Positions 10,663 to 18,393 of a stretch of 40,715 nucleotides of DNA are shown here, in pieces. Every line of letters starts with the position of its first letter. The stretch's first letter is position 1. A program made the position numbers and the translations under genes. The notes under the pieces were generated by a model, which had not been told where the DNA came from, searched no databases, and saw only the letters and a program-made list of their open reading frames with translations. Origin of the DNA: a bacterium (GTDB lineage Bacteria > UBP6 > UBA1177); NCBI GenBank assembly GCA_017997475.1, contig JAGOEX010000003.1, positions 1 to 40,715 of the forward strand. Reading direction: 5' to 3'.

Positions 10663-12534
10663 ATGAAAGTTGCAATCGTCAATGTAAACCGTTCAAGAAT
10701 AAGCAGAAACACAGAGTACCATCTTTTTACATTAAAAGCTTTTATTGACGAAAGAGCCGTCAGTGACATTGAAACTGAGATCATAAACATTTATATGACC
10801 GACGACATGGCAACTACCGCCAACCTTTTGAAAAATAAAAATGCCGACATTATTCTTTTCAGTGTTCTTTACTGGAATTCAGCTTACATTTTAAAACTCG
10901 CTGAAAGCTGCAGAACATTACCTGCGATCAAAGGTTTGTGGGGACACGACACATTCTCGCATCCGGAAGAATACCTCAAGAAAGATTTTGATTTTATAAT
11001 TCAGGATGAACCGGAACTCGCTCTGTATGAGATGGCATCACTTAAGAAAGAAAACAGAGATATCAGCTCTGCAAGCGGTATAATATTCAAAGACCGGGTG
11101 AAGAAAACCTTCGTCTTCGGTGAAAACAAGGTGATCAGTGATCTTGATCTTATTCCGTCCCCATATCTGAAGGAGATGATCGAAGTTGATGAGCACACAG
11201 TCGTTTACTGGGAAGTCGCAAGGGGCTGTAGTTTTAAATGCGATTTCTGTGTTGAATTTTCCAAGGCAGGCAATTTGAGATATCACAGTTTTGCTTATCT
11301 TGAAAAAGAATTGCGCTATTTTGTATCCAGAAATGTTTCTCAGATAGTGATAGGATGCCCGATCTTCAACTTAAGTCATCAGCATTTTGTCAAAATACTT
11401 GATATGCTTAAATTTCATCTGCCTCATGCATCTGTTGAGATTCAGGCAAGACCGGACCTTCTCACGAGAGAGGACATAGAATCTCTGGCTGAAATGAATG
11501 TGTTTATTAACATCGGATTGCAAACCGTAAATCAGAAAGTTCATGAAAACCTGATGACTTCTCTTAATGTTGAAAATGCACTTAACATCATCAGGTATAT
11601 GGCAAACTTTCCCAATCTTCCTTTCGGCATAGATATAATCGCCGGACTTCCGAAAATGACATTTGATGACTTTCTTAACGATCTTGAAAACGCATTCAAT
11701 CTCTGGCCTGTTTCTTTAAATGTTTTCAGGTTATCAATGTATCCTGGGACAAGAATGTTCAACAGAATGAGAGAATATAATTATACCGTAGAACACTCGT
11801 ATCCATACAGAGCTCTTGACAATCCGCAATTCAATAAAAGAGAATTTGAGAAGATCAGTGAAATGGCTGAAGGAATAGATGTCCTTTACAACAAAGGCAG
11901 AATGGTGTCTATCATAACTATGCTTGCAAAAGGACTGGAAATGCCATGCCATGAGATCATAACCCGTTGGAACAAGTGGATAAAAAAGCAACCTGTTGAC
12001 ATGAATTCAATGGACCCTGATGATATTAATTACGATCAGCTTTTTGAATATATAAATGAGTTTTTCTCCTATCTTTTCGACCGGTTCCAAAAAAAGAAGC
12101 TGTGGCCGGTCGCTTCAGATATTCTCAAACACAATTATTTTTACACCACATCCTTAATGACACTTGAGGAGGATATTATAACTTATCCTTATCAGATAGA
12201 AGCCATTGATAACAAAACTTTGATAGGGATCAACTGTTCTGCCTTTTTTGACAAATTCTCATACGACATTGAAGATATTATCGAAACCGGCTACATCGAT
12301 TTAAAGAAATATTCCTGCGATGTTGACAAGGAAAGCATGTATGGTCTAGTTTACCGTCTTGATGGCAGTGTTTTCACAAAGACTATTACTGATGAAGAAG
12401 GCAGTATTTTTTCCTTCATACGCAAAAAGAATTCCGTTTCAATTTCTGAAATTCAAAAAAAGTTCAAGAATATAGATGTTCTTAATTTTATCACTTTCTG
12501 GTGTGACGAAGGCGTTCTTTTTACAGTTCAGTAA
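10663..12534 (+). CDS. B12-binding-domain radical SAM protein with long C-terminal extension
   Basis: N-terminal Rossmann-like B12-binding region (ADIILFSVLYWNS...). Radical SAM cluster motif WEVARGCSFKCDFCVE (CxxxCxxC). TIM-barrel-like core, then about 200 extra C-terminal residues. Confidence 0.8.
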   Translation: MKVAIVNVNRSRISRNTEYHLFTLKAFIDERAVSDIETEIINIYMTDDMATTANLLKNKNADIILFSVLYWNSAYILKLAESCRTLPAIKGLWGHDTFSHPEEYLKKDFDFIIQDEPELALYEMASLKKENRDISSASGIIFKDRVKKTFVFGENKVISDLDLIPSPYLKEMIEVDEHTVVYWEVARGCSFKCDFCVEFSKAGNLRYHSFAYLEKELRYFVSRNVSQIVIGCPIFNLSHQHFVKILDMLKFHLPHASVEIQARPDLLTREDIESLAEMNVFINIGLQTVNQKVHENLMTSLNVENALNIIRYMANFPNLPFGIDIIAGLPKMTFDDFLNDLENAFNLWPVSLNVFRLSMYPGTRMFNRMREYNYTVEHSYPYRALDNPQFNKREFEKISEMAEGIDVLYNKGRMVSIITMLAKGLEMPCHEIITRWNKWIKKQPVDMNSMDPDDINYDQLFEYINEFFSYLFDRFQKKKLWPVASDILKHNYFYTTSLMTLEEDIITYPYQIEAIDNKTLIGINCSAFFDKFSYDIEDIIETGYIDLKKYSCDVDKESMYGLVYRLDGSVFTKTITDEEGSIFSFIRKKNSVSISEIQKKFKNIDVLNFITFWCDEGVLFTVQ

Positions 12535-12561
12535 GTTGACCTCAGAAAAATCAAAAAAAAA

Positions 12562-12637
12562 TGGCTCCTCGTGACAGACTTGAACTGCCGACCTAGTGGT
12601 TAACAGCCACCCGCTCTACCGACTGAGCTAACGAGGA
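12562..12637 (-). tRNA. tRNA-Asn (anticodon GUU), CCA encoded
   Basis: Minus-strand sequence TCCTCGT-TA-GCTC-AGTCGGTA-GAGC-G-GGTGG-CTGTTAA-CCACT-AGGTC-GGCAG-TTCAAGT-CTGTC-ACGAGGA-G-CCA. It folds by hand into a 76-nt cloverleaf with a 7-bp acceptor stem, GTT in the anticodon loop and a TTCAAGT T-loop. It is followed directly by T9. Confidence 0.9.
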
Positions 12638-12680
12638 ACCTTAATAAAGATCACAGAGCCAACGAACATCAGCGAGAGGT

Positions 12681-12708
12681 AATATACATATCATGAGCAT
12701 GGTGTCAA
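12681..12708 (-). promoter_or_regulatory. near-consensus sigma70 promoter for tRNA-Asn
   Basis: On the minus strand: TTGACA (12708-12703), 16-nt spacer, TATATT (12686-12681). The predicted start is about 35-40 nt upstream of the tRNA 5' end. Confidence 0.45.
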
Positions 12709-12815
12709 ATATTTTCACAATCATTTTTTTTATTCTGATAACATTAATGATTACAAGAGATTATTTTTTGATTAATTTTGCTTGACGGATACCTTTTTTC
12801 AAGTAACATTCTTTT

Positions 12816-12883
12816 GTGGATTTATCCACATTCCCCTCCCACCCCAGATATGAGGCGCCTTTTTTTAGGCGCCTTCTTTTTTT
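12816..12883 (+). ncRNA. candidate small RNA (~70 nt) with C-rich anti-SD-like tract
   Basis: Possible promoter TTGACG (12782-12787), 16-nt spacer, TAACAT (12804-12809). Hairpin GTGGA-TTTA-TCCAC (12816-12829). Single-stranded-looking CCCCTCCCACCCC (12833-12845). Intrinsic terminator at 12853-12883. No credible plus-strand CDS lies upstream. The overlapping track ORF 12778-13065 is antisense to the zinc-ribbon gene and reads through the terminator. Confidence 0.3.
12853..12883 (+). terminator. rho-independent terminator hairpin
   Basis: AGGCGCC (12853-12859), 8-nt loop TTTTTTTA, GGCGCCT (12868-12874), then TCTTTTTTT. This gives a 7-bp GC-rich stem with a U-tract on the plus strand only. On the minus strand the stem is followed by CATATC, so there is no U-tract. 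Confidence 0.55.
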
Positions 12884-13151
12884 ATCCTGTTTTGAGAGCC
12901 CTGTTGATTGATTTTTCGTTATTTATCGCAATTATCTTTCCAGCCGCAACATTCTCAGAAACAAAATGCATAAATTCGCTTATCGGATCTGTCCACCAGA
13001 TTTTACCGCACTCGCTGCATTTAAAAAATCTTTTATGTCCGTTGAAAGAAATCGCACGATTGTAGCTTCCGCCATTATGTTCATAAATTTCCTTTCTAAG
13101 GTGGTTTAAATTTCCACCCCCGCAACACTCACAATTGAATAGTTTGTTCAT
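12882..13151 (-). CDS. small zinc-ribbon protein (89 aa), function unknown
   Basis: The ORF track starts at TTG 13175. ATG 13151 is preferred because AGGAGGG lies 9 nt upstream. Two CxxC pairs (CECC near residue 7-10, CSEC near residue 45-48) are spaced like a zinc ribbon. Confidence 0.5.
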   Translation of the reverse strand: MNKLFNCECCGGGNLNHLRKEIYEHNGGSYNRAISFNGHKRFFKCSECGKIWWTDPISEFMHFVSENVAAGKIIAINNEKSINRALKTG

Positions 13152-13245
13152 AGGAAAAACCCTCCTAAAAACCAAAGCACATTGCTTATCGGTAAATTTA
13201 GTAACAACTGCGGGATTTTTTTATTATTTTTTTGTTATTTTTTTG

Positions 13246-15090
13246 TTAACTACATGGAATTCTTGAACATCTTCCACTACTTGAACAAGTGTATCCTGAA
13301 GGGCAGTCAGAGGGTTTGACACAATCCTGCTTTCCGCAATAACCTGATCCCAGGCATTTCATACCGTCGTTGCAATCAGTATCAATAAAACATGTTTTAA
13401 GACAGTAACCGCTCACACAGTCAGAAGTTTCAGCTCCGCCGTGAGGACATTCAGAAGGATATGTGCAGCCCGAACATACGCCGGAAGGAAGAACCGGAGA
13501 ACATACAAGGTCTGCATCTTCACAATCTCCGCTTTCAGCACAGACAAAGCCGGGATCGCTCTTATCTGCACAAACACCGGAAGCACAAGTGAAACCATCC
13601 GGACATTTTGTTACAGAAACCGGTTCGCACTTTCCATTTATTTCCTGAGTTCCGTCATCACACATACAAGTAGGAACACCGAGTTTTATCTCACATGTAC
13701 CTCTGTTGATTTCTTTACAAGGGTTCGGATCGCATGAGTTTATACATTCGCCTGCAATACAGGATGCCCCGGCATCTTCACAGCTTCCGCCCGGGTTTGT
13801 TTTTGAGCACAGGGTCTCTTTGCACGGGATCCTTTGACACATACCTTCACCCGATCCGTCAGAATCTATACAGAGAGTTCCTCCGAAACAATCCTCATTG
13901 CTGTAACATTTTTTCTGTCCGCAGTAACCTGTTCCGTAACATTTTCCGTAAGGACAATCGGTATCATCATCGCACATCAGTGCACAAGTTCCGTATGTTT
14001 CATAACACTGTGTATTCCCGGGGCAGTCGCTTGCTACAGCACATCCTATACAAATCCCGCCTGCCGCATGAGGCGATGAACAGACAGTCGTTGCACCAGG
14101 GAATTCACGGCAGTCACCATCTTCAATACACTGCTCATTCGAAAGATCGAAGGGAACACAATAACCGCTAAGGCACTGCAACCCTTCCGGGCAGAAATCA
14201 AACTCAACAAGAATGCATCCATCTTCGTCAGCAACATAATTCTCATTGCAATCACAGTGATATCCTTCAATAGAACCGTCAAGAACACAAACATTTTTAT
14301 GAAGAGGATTGCCGCTCCCTTCACATGGATTGGGAACACATTTGTTTGAAGCAAGCGGTTCGCATTTGTCATTTTTGAACTCAAACCCCTGATTGCATTC
14401 GCAAGAACCCGATATGTTTGTCGAATTTAGAGGACAGCACTTTCCGTCACTCATTTGCAGACCTGTGTCACACTGACAGAAAGGAGCATCATTTTTAGTT
14501 GAACAAGTGCTGTTTTCAGGGCACTCGTATCCGTAACAACGGTCAGTGATACAAATTCCCTGTTGACATATTTCACCTTCAGGACAGTATCCGTTAAGCC
14601 CTTCTATTGTGTTTTCAGAGCATTCAGGAACGCACTGTTCTTCATCGTAGTCAGGAGTAACATAATAGGTGTTGCAGACACATTCCCCTTCAACATTATT
14701 TGAATACGGCTGACAGCAGAGTCCCTCCGAAGAATGATAACTCACATCACATTCACAGGTATAACTTCTGCCTTCATCGGCATGCATGCATCTTGTTCTG
14801 TTCTCAGCAATATTCTTTTCCGTTTCACATGGATTGGGATCGCAAATGTGATCTTGAGTATCTTCATCATCCGATTCGTTATCACTTACTGAAGAACTGT
14901 CATCATCTAAGACAACATCGTCATTTACATGACCGCTCTTGTCATCTGTCTCATTATCACTATTTTCGTTTTCGGATAATGGATCCTTATCACTTATGAA
15001 GTTATCAGAATCACTGCCCGTTGAAGTCTTTGACGAACAGGAAAAAAATCCGGCTGACAACATCATCAGCAATACCAGACACTTTTTCAT
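13246..15090 (-). CDS. cysteine-rich secreted lipoprotein with acidic linker and EGF-like / disulfide-knot repeats
   Basis: Lipoprotein signal MKKCLVLLMMLSAGFFSC. Asp/Glu/Ser-rich linker of about 60 aa. Hand count gives 82 Cys in 614 aa. Repeated CDPNPC/CVPNPC openings and CxCxxGY/F-type EGF-like signatures (YTCECDVSY, GECVCNTYY, PFCQCDTGL, GSCECNQGF, YHCDCNENY, PTCMCDDGT). The C-terminal half has DxDCPxGxxC-type repeats. The start codon shares one base with the stop of the upstream dehydratase (TAATG). Confidence 0.75.
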   Translation of the reverse strand: MKKCLVLLMMLSAGFFSCSSKTSTGSDSDNFISDKDPLSENENSDNETDDKSGHVNDDVVLDDDSSSVSDNESDDEDTQDHICDPNPCETEKNIAENRTRCMHADEGRSYTCECDVSYHSSEGLCCQPYSNNVEGECVCNTYYVTPDYDEEQCVPECSENTIEGLNGYCPEGEICQQGICITDRCYGYECPENSTCSTKNDAPFCQCDTGLQMSDGKCCPLNSTNISGSCECNQGFEFKNDKCEPLASNKCVPNPCEGSGNPLHKNVCVLDGSIEGYHCDCNENYVADEDGCILVEFDFCPEGLQCLSGYCVPFDLSNEQCIEDGDCREFPGATTVCSSPHAAGGICIGCAVASDCPGNTQCYETYGTCALMCDDDTDCPYGKCYGTGYCGQKKCYSNEDCFGGTLCIDSDGSGEGMCQRIPCKETLCSKTNPGGSCEDAGASCIAGECINSCDPNPCKEINRGTCEIKLGVPTCMCDDGTQEINGKCEPVSVTKCPDGFTCASGVCADKSDPGFVCAESGDCEDADLVCSPVLPSGVCSGCTYPSECPHGGAETSDCVSGYCLKTCFIDTDCNDGMKCLGSGYCGKQDCVKPSDCPSGYTCSSSGRCSRIPCS

Positions 15091-15458
15091 TACAAACCTC
15101 CTTGTACCAGTTCTATATTTATTTTAAAGAACTTGGTTTCTCCATCATATCCATTTGATTTCACTTTATATTTATTGTCATCATTAACAAAAGTCACTTC
15201 AAGTTTTAACTCAGGTGCGGTCTGAGGTGTTACAGGATTTGTAAACTTAAGGTCAGCACCGGTAAGTACGACAGAAATTGAAAGAAATGTTTCGAAACAC
15301 TCTTTAACCATCTGCATCAGAAGAACACCCGGAACGACTGGCTTTTCAGGAAAATGCCCATTAAAAACAGGATGTTTCCAATTAAAAAAGATTGTGGTTC
15401 TGAATCCGTCCTCTATTCTTTCAAATTCCGAATGGGTAAAAAGATCATTTCTGAACAT
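15090..15458 (-). CDS. FabZ/FabA-like 3-hydroxyacyl-ACP dehydratase (hotdog fold)
   Basis: Motif FNGHFPEKPVVPGVLLMQMVKE matches the FabZ-type HFPxxPxxPGVL active-site region. The ORF track start is 15500. Met15 (15458) shortens the overlap with the upstream gene to 14 nt. Confidence 0.7.
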   Translation of the reverse strand: MFRNDLFTHSEFERIEDGFRTTIFFNWKHPVFNGHFPEKPVVPGVLLMQMVKECFETFLSISVVLTGADLKFTNPVTPQTAPELKLEVTFVNDDNKYKVKSNGYDGETKFFKINIELVQGGL

Positions 15459-16119
15459 TGTTCTTTTCCAAAAGTGACAGTTCAATTCTGAGCTTAACAT
15501 TAAAATGAACGATCGTTATAAATGCAGGAGTGACTGAACCTGATTCATTGTAGCCGTAATTTATTTCAAAAACCGGTTCATCAATGTCTTCGGCTTTCCA
15601 TACTTTTTTCAACAGGCCCCCTTTCTTTTCGATCAGAAAATTGTTGGACAGTTTTTCACTTACAGCACATTCATAAAGAAAATCTTCACTATCCTCGAAT
15701 AGATATCCGTTACAGTCACTATGCTCAATCCCGCTTAGAACCATCGTTGTAAAGTCTTCTCTGAATGTCTTTTTCACTTCAGACCTGTCAAGTTCAGCGA
15801 AAACATTCTGCATTTCAGCAATTCCGTTTTTGATCTCCATATCAAAAAGCTTAAAACCGGTTTCTGAGATCAGCGACATTCTGAAATGATCTTTTTCAAG
15901 TTTCTTAACCGCAAGAAGTCCTGAAAAATACATCGAATACAGCTTTATGGAAACTCTGTACAAAGCAGAAGTTGTATCTGAAAAAGGGACCTGTGATAAA
16001 TTCAGAACCGTCTTGCCTTCCACAACACAATTACGGCATGGAAGAGTCACACAGGATGTAAAAAGCATCAACAGCAGCAATAATGCCGTGAGTTTATTTA
16101 ACAGAAAATTCCGATTCAT
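15445..16119 (-). CDS. lipoprotein, possibly DUF3261/LolB-like as found in aryl-polyene clusters
   Basis: Signal plus lipobox MNRNFLLNKLTALLLLLMLFTSC. About 200-aa mature part. Its position between a LolA-like gene and a dehydratase matches APE-type cluster organisation. The sequence-level assignment is tentative. Confidence 0.4.
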   Translation of the reverse strand: MNRNFLLNKLTALLLLLMLFTSCVTLPCRNCVVEGKTVLNLSQVPFSDTTSALYRVSIKLYSMYFSGLLAVKKLEKDHFRMSLISETGFKLFDMEIKNGIAEMQNVFAELDRSEVKKTFREDFTTMVLSGIEHSDCNGYLFEDSEDFLYECAVSEKLSNNFLIEKKGGLLKKVWKAEDIDEPVFEINYGYNESGSVTPAFITIVHFNVKLRIELSLLEKNNVQK

Positions 16120-16783
16120 CTATTTTACCGTTCAACTTTTTGTCAATGAAAAGAAGTTCTGTTGAGTCACCTGTTATCTCGACCATTGTAAGCATGCTCA
16201 CAGTAAAATCCGATTTATCCATTATCATGTTGATATTTCTGAAATATTCTGACAAGGATGTTCCTTTCACTGGTGTCATGGAAATAGTCAGTTCCCTCCC
16301 TTTTTCCTTTATATCAAAAATAAAATTTCCTTTGTCTGATAATATGGTTCCATTCAAAGAAGCAACCATTATTTCGTTTATTTCCTGGAAAACCCTGCTG
16401 GTGCTCATATCAAAGCTTGATGTTTTCTGCCCGTCTTTCATGGTTATATTGTTTCCATTTATTACAATCGTGTAGAAAAACGGAGTTGTATATTCCCATT
16501 TCAACTTGTTACCATTCTCACTCTTTTCAAAAAAGAATCTGCCGCCTGAAGTCACTTTCTGTGAAAGGAATGACAGTGTTTTCACTTGCTTGAAAGAACT
16601 TTTTATTGAAACAATGCTGGATGCATTTGATGCAACAGTATTTCGCCATTTTGCAACATTTGAAGACGCGGCAAGTTCTGTAAAAGCCGCACTGGCGTCA
16701 CTTTTTACATTTTCTGTATTTACTGTTTGTGCAAAAGACAGCATAAAGAACAGCGTTAAAGCTATAAATAATATTTCCTTCAA
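16094..16783 (-). CDS. LolA-like outer-membrane lipoprotein carrier family protein
   Basis: Signal peptide MKEILFIALTLFFMLSFAQ. Core SFKQVKTLSFLSQKVTSGGRFFFEKSENGNKLKWEYTTPFFYTIVINGNNITMKDG resembles the LolA-family pattern (F-Q, S-G-F, W-P, I-V-DG). Confidence 0.55.
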   Translation of the reverse strand: MKEILFIALTLFFMLSFAQTVNTENVKSDASAAFTELAASSNVAKWRNTVASNASSIVSIKSSFKQVKTLSFLSQKVTSGGRFFFEKSENGNKLKWEYTTPFFYTIVINGNNITMKDGQKTSSFDMSTSRVFQEINEIMVASLNGTILSDKGNFIFDIKEKGRELTISMTPVKGTSLSEYFRNINMIMDKSDFTVSMLTMVEITGDSTELLFIDKKLNGKIDESEFSVK

Positions 16784-17464
16784 TCAATCCTCCAGAAAAA
16801 ACTTTTCAGGAACCGTCAGTTCAAAACCTTCCTTTTGACAGTAGACAATGAATTCATCAAGCATTTCAACCGTTCCTTTAACCGTATCATGAAAAAGAAC
16901 AATGTCCCCTCCTTTTACTTTTTTCATGACAGATGACAATATTTTTCCCTTTTCTTTCAAAAAAGTATCAAACGATCTTACCGACCAGCCGATAGTTATT
17001 AAACCGAGTTCCCTTGCTGCATAAGCTATTGAAGGGTTTGTAACACCGAAGGGAGGTCTGAAATACAGTGTTCTTTTTCCTGTTATATTTTCAATTATAT
17101 CTGAAGTCTTTTTAAGCTCGAAAAGCATTCTTTTTCTTGAGTAGAAAGGGAAAAAGTTCGAGTGACCGTATGTGTGATTGCCGATCAAATGACCTTTTAA
17201 AAAAATATTTTTTAGTAATTCAGGATTTTCCAAAGCTTTCGATCCATTTATGAAAAAAAGGGCTTTTACTCCTTTTTTATCAAGTATTTCAAGCACTAAC
17301 GGCGTGTTAACAGGATCAGGACCATCGTCAAATGTCAGAAGGATGTCTCTTTCCGACTTTCTGTTCCTGCACACAGCTTTCAGAAAAATACCCGAACTTA
17401 TGCTGAAAGATGCCCAGGCAATAAATGCAATAGATATTATGATGATTAAGCTAAATAGAACCAT
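16784..17464 (-). CDS. polysaccharide deacetylase (NodB homology domain), membrane anchored
   Basis: N-terminal TM helix. NodB motifs LTFDDGPDP, NHTYGHSNF, RPPFG and LFHD. Confidence 0.8.
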   Translation of the reverse strand: MVLFSLIIIISIAFIAWASFSISSGIFLKAVCRNRKSERDILLTFDDGPDPVNTPLVLEILDKKGVKALFFINGSKALENPELLKNIFLKGHLIGNHTYGHSNFFPFYSRKRMLFELKKTSDIIENITGKRTLYFRPPFGVTNPSIAYAARELGLITIGWSVRSFDTFLKEKGKILSSVMKKVKGGDIVLFHDTVKGTVEMLDEFIVYCQKEGFELTVPEKFFLED

Positions 17465-18392
17465 TTTTTATAAAAATAAATGCATTTTCCATATTAAGAA
17501 AACTGTTCCAGACAAGTACTTGTTTTATTTGAGGGTCCTTTATTATCAGATCAACTGCCATAACTGTTGACAATGCTCCTGCCGTCATAAATTCACCTGT
17601 CACTTCCTTGGGATTTACAATATTGATCCATTTGTAACTCTTCAAAACATCTTTTTTCCAGTTGTCGCATTCGCTGTCACCATTAAAGGGAGTGAAGATG
17701 ACTGTTTTTGCGGGATCTATGCTGTTTTTCTCAATGAACTCTCTGAAATGTTTAACTGTTTGCATTTTATCTATGACAGGAACGGTCTTAATATCTGAAA
17801 CTTCTGCAACAGATCCCTCTTTTTTACCTGAAAGGACAACAAATCCCGCCCCTTCACCAGGTATTGAATTTTCTCTGTGAAGGCCTATCCTTTCGGCTAT
17901 CACAAGATATTCATTTGTCATTTCATCAACTCCGCCGCATAGAATATTAAGTTCCGGCTCTTCACAACTTATAAGAAACGATTCAAAAAGAGCCGATTCA
18001 AAAGAGATGCCTCTGTGGACAAAAGTTGAATTATATCCGGTGCACCCGGTAAGAATCGAAATTGTTCCCCCGACAGTGTTATGGGTAGAATAGATAAAAG
18101 GTGCGGGATTGAGATTCTCTTCGCCACCCTGCTTTATTGAAGAAATAAATTTTATCGTGTCTGACAGACATCCGAGCCCTGTTCCTGTGATTATGGCATC
18201 AGGTTTCCTGATCCCCCCGTTTTTCAAAGCTGTCATTCCGGCAAACACACCATTCTTAATTATTCCGCTGAACCTTCTTGATTCTTTCGGATCTATAAAC
18301 TCCTTTATTTCCGGCTTCTGACATCTGAATGTTGTCCCGTCTTCATTTTTATGCGGAATAAGAATTCCTGTTGATCTTATATATGCCGGCAT
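17451..18392 (-). CDS. beta-ketoacyl synthase N-terminal-like protein lacking the catalytic Cys context (chain-length-factor-like partner)
   Basis: 313 aa. Thiolase-fold-like GTGLGCLSDT...STHNTVGGTISILTGCTGYNSTF...GEGAGFVVL, but without the KS His-His motifs. It lies 1 nt downstream of a complete KS gene. Confidence 0.55.
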   Translation of the reverse strand: MPAYIRSTGILIPHKNEDGTTFRCQKPEIKEFIDPKESRRFSGIIKNGVFAGMTALKNGGIRKPDAIITGTGLGCLSDTIKFISSIKQGGEENLNPAPFIYSTHNTVGGTISILTGCTGYNSTFVHRGISFESALFESFLISCEEPELNILCGGVDEMTNEYLVIAERIGLHRENSIPGEGAGFVVLSGKKEGSVAEVSDIKTVPVIDKMQTVKHFREFIEKNSIDPAKTVIFTPFNGDSECDNWKKDVLKSYKWINIVNPKEVTGEFMTAGALSTVMAVDLIIKDPQIKQVLVWNSFLNMENAFIFIKNGSI

Positions 18393-18393
18393 T

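Noticed and set aside
12799-12831. 10-codon minus-strand micro-ORF (MWINPQKNVT) preceded by GGGAGGGG, and the G-runs as a possible G-quadruplex
   Set aside because: The SD-like run abuts the ATG too closely. The ORF is the reverse reading of the hairpin and promoter of the candidate sRNA. Only three G-runs of 3 or more are present, so it is not a canonical quadruplex.
12535-13245. tRNA-Asn as the attachment site of a genomic island
   Set aside because: There is no integrase or recombinase. By eye I found no second copy of the tRNA 3' end anywhere in the window, although this is not an exhaustive search. The flanking genes look chromosomal.
13413-14999. Seven overlapping track ORFs (61-145 aa) on both strands inside the Cys-rich gene
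   Set aside because: They lie within or antisense to a 614-aa ORF that has a clear signal peptide and repeat logic. The TGY/GAY/GGN-rich codon composition depletes stop codons in the other frames. None has a Shine-Dalgarno site or recognisable motifs.
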